DNA of 64,000 nucleotides from positions 2,790,001-2,854,000 of the forward strand of contig OZ024764.1 in NCBI GenBank assembly GCA_964016885.1, read 5' to 3'. A program made the position numbers and the translations under genes. The stretch is from Eledone cirrhosa (taxonomy: Eukaryota). Below the pieces are notes generated by a model that was given only the letters and a program-made list of their open reading frames with translations, was not told where the DNA came from and ran no database searches. Below are positions 50,476 through 62,137 of the stretch, piece by piece (positions within the stretch are counted from its first letter, which is position 1; the number at the start of each line of letters is the position of its first letter).

Positions 50476-52005
50476 TTGCTCATACAGGAACTGATTTGGC
50501 TTGATTTCTACAGCTGGATGCCCTTCCTAACACCAACCTCATTTACTGTGAGTGCTGGGTGCTTTTTCGTGGCGCCTACACGTCCACTTTACAGTGTGGG
50601 CTGGGTGCTTTTTTGCCGTGGCACATCCACGACCACTTTACAGTGGGAGGGTGTGGGGGCATATTGTCTATATGCTTCAGCTTGTACCCATGGGAGGTCG
50701 GGTACTCTGTATTACTGCGTGACGCCAAAGGTCATGGTCGTGTGTCATCGCCTTTGAGAGGTGTAATTGGGTAAGGTTGGCTTTTATCACCTCATCCCAG
50801 GTCATCTTAGGTCTCCCCACTCCGCGGTTTCCATTGACTTCTAGTGCTCTGCACCTTTTTATGCAGCTGTCATCCTTCATACGCATCACATGTCCATACC
50901 AACGCAACCACCTCTCCTGCACACAGCATTTGATTCCTCTTATGCTCAGTCTCTCTCTCAATTCATTTATGCTTTGTCGTTCGCGTATATTACTATTACA
51001 CATCCATCGGAGCATGCAGGCTTCGTTTCTCTCTAATCTAAGTAAGTCTTCCACCTTCAGCGCCCAGGTCTCACTACCATGCAACATCGCTGTTCGGATA
51101 CACGCATCATACAGTCTGCCTTTCATTTTGAGAGAGAAGCCTTTTGCAGCTAGCAGTGGTAGTAGTTCCCTAAACTTCTTCCATCCCGTTCTTACCCTAG
51201 TTATTGTACTTTCTGAACACCCACCTCCGCTGCTAATTCGGTCACCTAGGTAGCAGAAGCTGTCTACTGTTTCTACAGAGCCCTCCCAGAGATTGGTGGT
51301 ACTTGTTTCCTGTGGCTGCTTGCTGTCTCAGCACAGCTGCTGCATGTGAAGCCTACATTCTTAATTAAGCTTCCTGAGATCCCGCTACATTTCTTGTGTA
51401 CCCATTGTTTGCATTTGGGGCAGAGAATGGAGTTCCTACCTACACCTTTCCTACATACTGAGCAAGGCCATTTCCCTGAGGGGATCTGAGTTCTGTCTTC
51501 TCATCTACTTACAAGGACCTTAGTCTTTGTCATGTTGACTTTGAGACCCTTTCTTTCTAGTCCCTGCTTCCAAGTTTGGAATTTCTTCTCTAGTTCTACC
51601 ATAGATTCAGCTATAAGTGCGAGGTCATCAGCATACAGGAGTTTCCATGGGCATCCGGTCTTAAACTCCTCCGTTATTGCCTGCAGGACTATGATGAACA
51701 GGCGGGGGCTAAGAACAGAGCCCTGGTGGACCCCAACCTGTACTCTAAATTCCTCGCTATACTCATTGCTAATCCTAACTTTGCTGACTGCTCCCCTATA
51801 CATGGCTTGTACCGCTTTCACAAGCCATTCATCTACTCCTAGTTTTCTAAGAGCCCACCAGATTACAGCACGTGGAACTCTGTCAAAGGCTTTCTCAAGA
51901 TCGACGAATGCCAGGTAGAGTGGCTTACTTTTAGCTAGGTACTTTTCCTGTAACTGCCTCACAAGGAAGAGGGCATCAGTGGTGCCTCTTCCTGGTACAA
52001 ACTCT
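50476..52005 (-). mobile_element. RTE LINE (family II) with RT domain, disrupted
   Basis: FVPGRGTTDALF..FVDLEKAFDRV..GVHQGSVLSP..LYADDL..KTKVL; C-terminal RWLRWYGHVMRM. Confidence 0.95.
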
Positions 52006-52084
52006 AGCAACCCACCACAATTATTTCTACTGAATCTCATACTTAGAGATTATAATATTATCAATGACTTGCTGTAGCTTATAG

Positions 52085-52400
52085 TGTAGGTTACCATAGG
52101 GTAGGTTACCTGACGGTAGTTACGATCGTTTAGGCTACCGTAGGTTAGGTTACCATAGGGTAGGATACTGTAGGTTAGGTTACCATAGGGTAGGTTAGCA
52201 TAGGTTAGGTTACCACAGGGTAGGTTAACATAGGTTAGGTTACCACAGAGTAGGTTAGCATAGGTTAGGTTACCATAGGGTAGGATATCATAGGTTAGGT
52301 TACCATAGGTTAAGTTACCATAGGTTAGGTTACCATAGGTTAAGTTACCATAGGTTAGGTTACCATAGGGTAGGTTACCATAGGTCTGTTAAGGTTAGGC
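52085..52400 (+). repeat. 30-bp (3x10) repeat TAGGTTAGGTTACCATAGGGTAGGTTACCA
   Basis: Direct reading. Confidence 0.9.
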
Positions 52401-52489
52401 GAGGCTGGTTCACTCAATGAGTTAGAACTCACTTGCAACTGAAGTGTTTTAGAAGTGTCTTAGCCTTTAGTGTGCCACTAAATTCTTTG

Positions 52490-52627
52490 AATTATTTCCC
52501 CTGCAACTACCTTATTTTTTAGGGGTCATCTTATCTGGCGAATATGGGCCTAAACCTGAATTACACCTCAGTATTTTAGGGGTAGACCTATGCGCCGGAT
52601 CGACTTGTATGCTGGCATATACGGTAG
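52490..52627 (-). mobile_element. Tc1/mariner (Tc2/pogo-like) terminal fragment
   Basis: Minus strand begins TA|CCGTATATGCCAGCATACAAGTCGA, resembling Tc2-type TIRs; recalled similarity only. Confidence 0.45.
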
Positions 52628-52959
52628 TTACTTATATACATGAATATAAACAAGGGCTGGACAGGTCCACATAAACCAACTGAGTACTGAAGTGGGGCTA
52701 CTGACTCCACCAGAGAAAGGGGTGGTTGCATTAAAGTATTTCATGTTCTACTGAGTGCAACAGCACAGGAGAGGTCATGTCTTTGATACAACTGAAGGGT
52801 CTTCCCAGCCCTTTGTTTTGCAAGATATCTATAGCTGGATGCCCTTCCTATCACCAACCACTTTACAGACTGTACTGGGTGTTTAACATATAGATCACCA
52901 ACACTAGAGAGGTTGTCATATCTTTGACACAACTGAAGGGTCCTTTGTTTTGCAACATA

Positions 52960-53870
52960 TCATCATCATCATCGTTTAATGTCCATCTTCCACGCTAGCA
53001 TGGGTTAGACGGGAGTTGTCCCACTTGAGGCAAGTTGGATCGGGTGACCGTGTCTCGCTCATATAGGACTATCTGGCAGGTTTTCCACGGCTGGATGCCA
53101 TTCCTAACACCAACAACATTTACAGTGTGGACTGGGAACTTTTTACCGTGTCTCCTACACAGCCACATTACAGTGTGGACTGTGTGTTTTTTTGTCATGA
53201 CACCTACATGACCACTTTACAGTGGACTGGGAACATTTTACCTTGTCTCCTACACAACCACATTACAGTGTGGACTGTGTGTTTTTTTGTCATGACACCT
53301 ACATGACCACTTTACAGTGTGGACTGGGAACTTTTTACCGTGTCTCCTACACAACCACTTTACAGTGTGGACTGTGTTTTTTTGTCATGACACCTACATG
53401 ACCACTTTACAGTGTGGACTGGGAACCTTTTACCGTGTCTCCTACATAACCACATTACAGCGTGGACTGTGTGTTTTTTTGTCATGACACCTACATGACC
53501 ACTTTACAGTGTGGACTGGGAACTTTTTATCGTGTCTCCTACACAGCCACATTACAGCGTGGACTGTGTGTTTTTTTGTCATGATACCTACATGACCACT
53601 TTACAGTGTGGACTGGGAACCTTTTACCGTGTCTCCTACATAACCACATTACAGCGTAGACTGTGTTTTTGTCGTGACCCCTACACAACCTCTTTAGTTT
53701 GGACTGGATGTTGTGGAACCAACATAACTTTGTAGAGAAAGGGTGGTGTTGGAGGGAGTGGAAGGATGGGGTAGTGGATTGGGGTGTATATTTGGTTTGG
53801 AGGGGCCTACTGACTGTAGGTTAACTTTGTACATAAGGAAGGTGGGTCTTCTGTATTACAGCATTGCGCC
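52960..53870 (-). mobile_element. RTE 3' UTR with alternating two-monomer array (53120-53690)
   Basis: Matches 29445-29890; the GGGAAC-type and TGTGTT-type about 49-bp units alternate. Confidence 0.88.
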
Positions 53871-54046
53871 AATATACGTCTGTATATATATTTAAAAAAA
53901 ATTTTTTTAATTAAAATCTTTTTCTTTATTCATTTCAGATTTTTAATTCAACCTAATTGCTGTAATTTTATTTAATATTTAAAAATACAAAACAAAACCA
54001 CATAGAAATAAAAAAAGGGGTTACCAAAGACAGAAAAGTTGAAAAT

Positions 54047-54157
54047 ATGCCAAGCAAACGTAAACGTCCCACTCAGAATGTAGACAACAAGAGTGAAGAT
54101 TCGGATCTATCAACTCATGTTTCCAATAAGAAGAAGAGAAAGGCTCCGTATGATCCT
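54047..54157 (+). CDS. PBRM1: First coding exon of a host gene, polybromo-1 (BAF180)-like N-terminus; exon 53939-54157
   Basis: Polypyrimidine acceptor TTTTTCTTTATTCATTTCAG|, AAAATATG start, MPSKRKRPTQ...KKKRKAPYDP, phase-0 donor |GTGAGT. Resembles recalled PBRM1 starts (MGSKRRR...RKRRR..VDP; fly ...KKRRLDP). The exon call is stronger than the gene identity. Confidence 0.55.
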
Positions 54158-54189
54158 GTGAGTAACTCCTTTATTTCTCTTAACCCTTT

Positions 54190-54398
54190 CATCAACGTTT
54201 TACGTCCATTTTTCCATGCTAGCATGGGTTAGACAGGTTGTCCTGTTGTGGGGCAGTGCTAGGTCAGGTGACCATGTCTTGTTCATACAGAACTAATTTA
54301 GACTTCGTTTCTACAGCTGGATGTCCTTCTTAACACCAACCTCATTTACAATGAGTACTGGGTGCTTTTTGCCATGACACCGACACAACCACTTTACA
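54190..54398 (-). mobile_element. Diverged RTE family II 3' UTR end
   Basis: Reverse complement similarity to 56040-56240. Confidence 0.8.
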
Positions 54399-55157
54399 TA
54401 GCTCTGATACTACAGACATGTGGTTAGAATGTCTGAGGAAAGAATCTCTGAATTGAGAGATCACAGCTCTGATACTACAGACATGTGGTTAGAATGTCTC
54501 AGGAAAGAATCTCTGAATTTAGAGATGACAGCTCTGATACTACACACATGTGATTAGAATGTCTCAGGAAAGAATCTCTGAATTGAGAGATCACAGCTCT
54601 GATACTACAGACATGAGGTTAGAATGTCTCAGGAAAGAATTTCCAAATTGAGAGATCACAGCTCTGAAACTACAGACATGTGATAAGAATGTCTCAGGAA
54701 AGAATCTCTGAATTGAGAGATCACAGCTCTGATACTACAGACATGTGGTTAGAATGTCTCAGGAAAGAATCTCTGAATTGAGAGATCACAGCTCTGATAC
54801 TACATGTGATTAGAATGTCTCAGGAAGGAATCTCTGAATTGAGAGATCACAGCTCTGATACTACAGGCATGTGCTTAGAATGTCTCACAAAAGAATCTCT
54901 GAATTGAGAGATCACAGCTCTGATACTACAGACATGTGGTTAGAATGTCTCAGGAAAGAATCTCTGAATTGAGAGATCACAGCTCTGATACTACACACAT
55001 GTGGTTAGAATGTCTCAGGTAAGAATCTCTGAAGTGAGAGATCACAGCTCTGATACTACAGACATGTGGTTAGAATGTCTCAGGAAAGAATCTTTGAATT
55101 GAGAGATCACAGCTCTGATACTACAAACATGTGGTTAGAATGTCCCAGGAAAGAATC
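54399..55157 (+). repeat. Second array of the 65-bp satellite (about 11.5 copies)
   Basis: Same unit as 32946-36347 with different variants. Confidence 0.96.
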
Positions 55158-56251
55158 TTGCTCAGTATGTAGGAAAGGTGTAGGTAGGAACTCCAGTCTC
55201 TGTCCCAAATGCAAACAATGGGTACACAAGAGATCTAGCGGGATCTCAAGAAGCTTAATTAAGAATGTAGGCTTCACATGCAGCAGCTGTGCTGGGACAG
55301 CAAGCAGCAAACAGCCACAGGAAACAAGTACCACTAATCTCTGGGAGGGCTCTGTAGAAACAGTAGACAGCTTCTGCTACCTAGGTGACCAAATTAGCAG
55401 CGGAGGTGGGTGTTCAGAAAATACAATAACTAGGGTAAGAACGGGATGGAAGAAGTTCAGGAAACTCCTGCCACTGCTAGCTGCAAATGGCTTCTCCCTC
55501 AGAATGAAAGGCAGACTGTATGATGCGTGTATCCGAACAGCAATGTTGCATGGTAGTGAGACCTGGGCACTGAAGGTGGAAGACTTACGTAGATTAGAAA
55601 GAAACGAAGCCTGCATGCTCCGATGGATGTGTAATAGTAATAATCGCAAACGACAAAGCATAAATGGATTGAGAGAGAGACTGAGCATAAGAGGAATCAA
55701 ATGCTGTGTGCAAGAGAGGCGGTTGCGTTGGTATGGACATGTGATGCGTATGAAGGATGACAGCTGCATAAAAAGGTGCAGAACACTAGAAGTCAATGGA
55801 AATCGCGGAGTGGGGAGACCCAAGAAGACCTGGGATGAGGTGATAAAAGCTGACCTTATCCAATTACACCTCTCAAAGGTGATGACACACGACCGTGACC
55901 TCTGGCGTCACGCAGTAATACAGAGTACCCGACCTCCCATGGGTACAAGCTGAAGCATATTGACAATATGCCCCCACACCCTCCCAGTGCAAGGTGGTCG
56001 TGGAGGTGCCATGGCAAAAAAGCACCCAGCCCACACTGTAAAGTGGACATGTAGGCGCCACGGAAAAAGCACCCAGTACTCGCTGCAAATGAGGTTGGTG
56101 TTAGGAAGGGCATCCAGCTGTAGAAATAAAGCCAAAATCAGTTCCTGTATGAGCAAGGTATGGTCAGCTGACCAGACACTGCCCGCAACAGGACAACCCG
56201 TCTAACCCATGCTAGCGTGGAAGAACGGACGTAAAACGGTGATGATAATGA
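55158..56251 (+). mobile_element. RTE LINE family II 3' part
   Basis: CSVCRKGVGRNS...FCYLGD...HGSETWAL...RRLRWYGHVMRM, UTR and (GAT)n; near-identical to 50480-51466 inverted. Confidence 0.95.
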
Positions 56252-56254
56252 TAC

Positions 56255-58762
56255 TAGAGTAATGTAAATGTTATGTGAGATATTATGTGAGGTAAAGCCT
56301 TTACTGTGAAAATATAATAGTATATATAGAGTAATGTAAATGTTATGTGAGGTAAAGCCTTTACTGTGAAAATACAATAGTATATATAGAGTAATGTAAA
56401 TGTTATGTGAGATATTATGTGAGGTAAAGCCTTTACTGTGACAATACAATAGTATATATAGAGTAATGTAAATGTTATGTGAGATATTATGTGAGGTAAA
56501 GCCTTTACTGTGACAATACAATAGTATATATAGAGTAATGTAAATGTTATGTGAGATATTATGTGAGGTAAAGCCTTTACTGTGAAAATACAATAGTATA
56601 TATAGAGTAATGTAAATGTTATGTGAGATATTATATGAGGTAAAGCCTTTACTGTGAAAATACAATAGTATATATAGAGTAATGTAAATGTTATGTGAGG
56701 TAAAGCCTTTACTGTGAAAATACAATAGTATATATAGAGTAATGTAAATGTTATGTGAGATATTATGTGAGGTAAAGCCTTTACTGTGACAATACAATAG
56801 TATATATAGAGTAATGTAAATGTTATGTGAGATATTATGTGAGGTAAAGCCTTTACTGTGACAATACAATAGTATATATAGAGTAATGTAAATGTTATGT
56901 GAGATATTATGTGAGGTAAAGCCTTTACTGTGACAATACAATAGTATATATAGAGTAATGTAAATGTTATGTGAGATATTATGTGAGGTAAAGCCTTTAC
57001 TGTGACAATACAATAGTATATATAGAGTAATGTAAATGTTATGTGAGATATTATGTGAGGTAAAGCCTTTACTGTGAAAATACAATAGTATATAGAGAGT
57101 AATGTAAATGTTATGTGAGGTAAAGCCTTTACTGTGAAAATACAATAGTATATAGAGAGTAATGTAAATGTTATGTGAGGTAAAGCCTTTACTGTGAAAA
57201 TACAATAGTATATAGAGAGTAATGTAAATGTTATGTGAGATATTATGTGAGGTAAAGCCTTTACTGTGAAAATACAATAGTATATAGAGAGTAATGTAAA
57301 TGTTATGTGAGGTAAAGCCTTTACTGTGAAAATACAATAGTATATATAGAGTAATGTAAATGTTATGTGAGATATTATGTGAGGTAAAGCCTTTACTGTG
57401 AAAATACAATAGTATATAGAGAGTAATGTAAATGTTATGTGAGGTAAAGCCTTTACTGTGAAAATACAATAGTATATATAGAGTAATGTAAATGTTATGT
57501 GAGGTAAAGCCTTTACTGTGAAAATACAATAGTATATATAGAGTAATGTAAATGTTATGTGAGATATTATGTGAGGTAAAGCCTTTACTGTGAAAATACA
57601 ATAGTATATAGAGAGTAATGTAAATATTATGTGAGGTAAAGCCTTTACTGTGAAAATACAATAGTATATAGAGAGTAATGTAAATGTTATGTGAGGTAAA
57701 GCCTTTACTGTGAAAATACAATAGTATATATAGAGTAATGTAGATGTTATGTGAGATATTATGTGAGGTAAAGCCTTTACTGTGAAAATACAATAGTATA
57801 TAGAGAGTAATGTAAATGTTATGTGAGGTAAAGCCTTTACTGTGAAAATACAATAGTATATAGAGAGTAATGTAAATGTTATGAGATATTATGTGAGGTA
57901 AAGCCTTTACTGTGAAAATACAATAGTATATAGAGAGTAATGTAAATGTTATGTGAGGTAAAGCTTTTACTGTGAAAATACAATAGTATATAGAGAGTAA
58001 TGTAAATGTTATGTGAGATATTATGTGAGGTAAAGCCTTTACTGTGAAAATACAATAGTATATATAGAGTAATGTAAATGTTATGTGAGATATTATGTGA
58101 GGTAAAGCCTTTACTGTGACAATACAATAGTATATATAGAGTAATGTAAATGTTATGTGAGATATTATGTGAGGTAAAGCCTTTACTGTGAAAATACAAT
58201 AGTATATATAGAGTAATGTAGATGTTATGTGAGATATTATGTGAGGTAAAGCCTTTACTGTGAAAATACAATAGTATATAGAGAGTAATGTAAATGTTAT
58301 GTGAGGTAAAGCCTTTACTGTGAAAATACAATAGTATATAGAGAGTAATGTAAATGTTATGTGAGGTAAAGCCTTTACTGTGAAAATACAATAGTATATA
58401 GAGAGTAATGTAAATGTTATGTGAGGTAAAGCCTTTACTGTGAAAATACAATAGTATATAGAGAGTAATGTAAATGTTATGTGAGATATTATGTGAGGTA
58501 AAGCCTTTACTGTGACAATACAATAGTATATATAGAGTAATGTAAATGTTATGTGAGATATTATGTGAGGTAAAGCCTTTACTGTGACAATACAATAGTA
58601 TATATAGAGTAATGTAAATGTTATGTGAGATATTATGTGAGGTAAAGCCTTTACTGTGAAAATACAATAGTATATAGAGAGTAATGTAAATGTTATGTGA
58701 GATATTGTGAGGTAAAGACTTTACTGTGACAATACAATAGTATATATAGAGTACTGTAAATG
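56255..58762 (+). repeat. AT-rich 60/72-bp satellite (about 37 copies)
   Basis: Unit AGAGTAATGTAAATGTTATGTGAG[ATATTATGTGAG]GTAAAGCCTTTACTGTGAAAATACAATAGTATATAT; the 12-bp segment is optional. Confidence 0.97.
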
Positions 58763-58789
58763 CTAAAGGGTTAATATGGTACTTAGTAC

Positions 58790-61660
58790 ATGAGGTCTTA
58801 GTCTTGGGTTCTTCCGCCACATCAAGCAGTAAATAGTCGCCAATGATCACGACCAGTGGAGGCTTTATTACGTCTGTCCCAAGTAATGTTGGCTTTCGTC
58901 ACGTCATATTGGACTGTTTGCCGCCAGGTGATCCTGGGGCAACCCCACCTCCGTTTGCTGTCGGGTGTAGTCTAGTTCATCGTTGTTTTCAAGTGTCGTT
59001 CGTTGTGCAGGGGCAGAATATAGCCAGCCAGGCAACAGCAGCACTTCGTGACCACCCTCTGCTAGACAGCCAGGTGACACCAGAGCTCTGTGACCACCCT
59101 CTGTAGACAGCCAGGTGACACCAGAGCTCTGTGACCACCCTCTGCTAGTCAGCCAGGTGACACCAGAGCTCTGTGACCACCCTCTGCTAGACAGCCAGGT
59201 GACACCAGAGCTCTGTGACCACCCTCTGCTAGTCAGCCAGGTGACACCACAGCTCTGTGACCACCCTCTGCTAGACAGTCACGTGACACCAGAGCTCTGT
59301 GACCACCCTCTGCTAGACAGCCAGGTGACACCAGAGCTCTGTGACCACCCTCTGCTAGACAGCCAGGTGACACCAGAGCTCTGTGACCACCCTCTGCTAG
59401 ACAGCCAGGTGACACCAGAGCTCTGTGACCACCCTCTGCTAGACAGCCAGGTGACACCAGAGCTCTGTGACCACCCTCTGCTAGACAGCCAGGTGACACC
59501 AGAGCTCTGTGACCACCCTCTGCTAGACAGCCAGGTGACACCAGAGCTCTGTGACCACCCTCTGCTAGACAGCCAGGTGACACCAGCGCTCTGTGACCAC
59601 CCTCTGCTAGACAGCCAGGTGACACCAGAGCTCTGTGACCACCCTCTGCTAGACAGCCAGGTGACACCAGAGCTCTGTGACCACCCTCTGCTAGACAGCC
59701 AGGTGACACCAGAGCTCTGTGACCACCCTCTGTAGTCAGCCAGGTGACACCAGAGCTCTGTGACCACCCTCTGCTAGACAGCCAGGTGACACCAGAGCTC
59801 TGTGACCACCCTCTGCTAGACAGCCAGGTGACACCAGAGCTCTGTGACCACCCTCTGCTAGGCAGTCACGTGACACCAGAGCTCTGTGACCACCCTCTGC
59901 TAGTCAGCCAGGTGACACCACAGCTCTGTGACCACCCTCTGCTAGACAGTCACGTGACACCAGAGCTCTGTGACCACCCTCTGCTAGACAGCCAGGTGAC
60001 ACCAGAGCTCTGTGACCACCCTCTGCTAGTCAGCCAGGTGACACCACAGCTCTGTGACCACCCTCTGCTAGACAGTCACGTGACACCAGAGCTCTGTGAC
60101 CACCCTCTGCTAGACAGCCAGGTGACACCAGAGCTCTGTGACCACCCTCTGCTAGACAGCCAGGTGACACCAGAGCTCTGTGACCACCCTCTGCTAGACA
60201 GCCAGGTGACACCAGAGCTCTGTGACCACCCTCTGCTAGACAGCCAGGTGACACCAGAGCTCTGTGACCACCCTCTGCTAGACAGCCAGGTGACACCAGC
60301 GCTCTGTGACCACCCTCTGCTAGACAGCCAGGTGACACCAGAGCTCTGTGACCACCCTCTGCTAGACAGCCAGGTGACACCAGAGCTCTGTGACCACCCT
60401 CTGCTAGACAGTCACGTGACACCAGCGCTCTGTGACCACCCTCTGCTAGACAGCCAGGTGACACCAGCGCTCTGTGACCACCCTCTGCTAGACAGCCAGG
60501 TGACACCAGAGCTCTGTGACCACCCTCTGCTAGACAGTCACGTGACACCAGAGCTCTGTGACCACCCTCTGCTAGTCAGCCAGGTGACACCAGCGCTCTG
60601 TGACCACCCTCTGCTAGACAGCCAGGTGACACCAGAGCTCTGTGACCACCCTCTGCTAGACAGCCAGGTGACACCAGAGCTCTGTGACCACCCTCTGCTA
60701 GACAGTCACGTGACACCAGAGCTCTGTGACCACCCTCTGCTAGACAGCCAGGTGACACCAGCGCTCTGTGACCACCCTCTGCTAGACAGCCAGGTGACAC
60801 CAGAGCTCTGTGACCACCCTCTGCTAGACAGCCAGGTGACACCAGAGCTCTGTGACCACCCTCTGCTAGACAGCCAGGTGACACCAGAGCTCTGTGACCA
60901 CCCTCTGCTAGACAGCCAGGTGACACCAGAGCTCTGTGACCACCCTCTGCTAGTCGGCCAGGTGACACCAGAGCTCTGTGACCACCCTCTGCTAGACAGC
61001 CAGGTGACACCAGAGCTCTGCTAGACAGCCAGGTGACACCAGAGCTCTGTGACCACCCTCTGTAGACAGCCAGGTGACACCAGAGCTCTGTGACCACCCT
61101 CTGCTAGTCAGCCAGGTGACACCAGAGCTCTGTGACCACCCTCTGCTAGTCAGCCAGGTGACACCAGAGCTCTGTGACCACCCTCTGCTAGTCAGCCAGG
61201 TGACACCACAGCTCTGTGACCACCCTCTGCTAGACAGCCAGGTGACACCAGAGCTCGGTGACCACCCTCTGCTAGTCAGCCAGGTGAACCAGAGCTCTGT
61301 GACCACCCTCTGCTAGTCAGCCAGGTGACACCAGAGCTCTGTGACCACCCTCTGCTAGTCAGCCAGGTGACACCACAGCTCTGTGACCACCCTCTGCTAG
61401 ACAGCCAGGTGACACCAGAGCTCGGTGACCACCCTCTGCTAGTCAGCCAGGTGACACCAGAGCTCTGTGACCACCCTCTGCTAGACAGCCAGGTGACACC
61501 AGAGCTCTGTGACCACCCTCTGTAGCGTCCACAACTCAGCTCTCCCCAGGATTTCCTTGTTTCACACTCAGTTACGCCAGGACACACGAAGGATCCTTCG
61601 CAGGCCCCACTGGTGGAATGTGTTCAGCCCTCACTCTATCTTTTATGTGCTCCGCGTGTG
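58790..61660 (-). mobile_element. Old RTE-type LINE 3' region (family IV) interrupted by the 42-bp array
   Basis: Upstream flank LNTFHQWGLRRILRVSWRN*V*NKEILGRAELWTLQRVVT; downstream flank LAGYILPLHNERHLKT...KRRWGCPRITWRQT...GRDHWR. Confidence 0.8.
59048..61524 (+). repeat. 42-bp satellite (about 59 copies)
   Basis: Unit GTGACCACCCTCTGCTAGACAGCCAGGTGACACCAGAGCTCT. Confidence 0.98.
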
Positions 61661-61946
61661 ACTCCTTTGCCGATCTGACAGTTGATGTCAGATAGAGAGG
61701 GGATGTGGTTTATTTAAGATTGAAATCATCAGGGAAGTCCTGATGATTGCAACGGGAAGTTGTTAAACATTTGGTCATTCTGTAGCTAAAGTTGTGTTAT
61801 GTAGTAGTGGTTGGTGAGTGTTAATTAGTTACAGCCCAACAGTCGAGCTCCTACGTCTGTAACTCTTTAAAAATTTACAGATATACCCACAATGCATTTC
61901 CTATCTCAGTCATATTATTACAATAAGGGGTTCCCTTATTCCAATG

Positions 61947-62137
61947 GCTGTGGAATGGCAGTATCGGTAGAGGGTCGGACGCCATGCTTTGACGCATAGA
62001 GTTACGCCCCTTGCCATTCTGAGTTCAAATCCCGCCGAGGTTAACTTTGTCTTTCATCCTTACGGGGTCGATAAAATAAAGTACCAGTAATGCACTGGGA
62101 AATTTGGTGGCCTTGTGCCAAAAGTAGAAACAATTAT
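61947..62137 (+). mobile_element. SINE family 2 copy at the edge of the 73-bp array
   Basis: Matches 48997-49185. Confidence 0.85.

Noticed and set aside
56138-58850. YFHSKGFTSHNI repeat ORFs
   Set aside because: Artefact of 60/72-bp units being multiples of 3.
59115-61525. TPELCDHPLLDSQV repeat ORFs
   Set aside because: 42-bp unit is a multiple of 3 and antisense to decayed RTE; broken by 41-bp units; no splice or start context.
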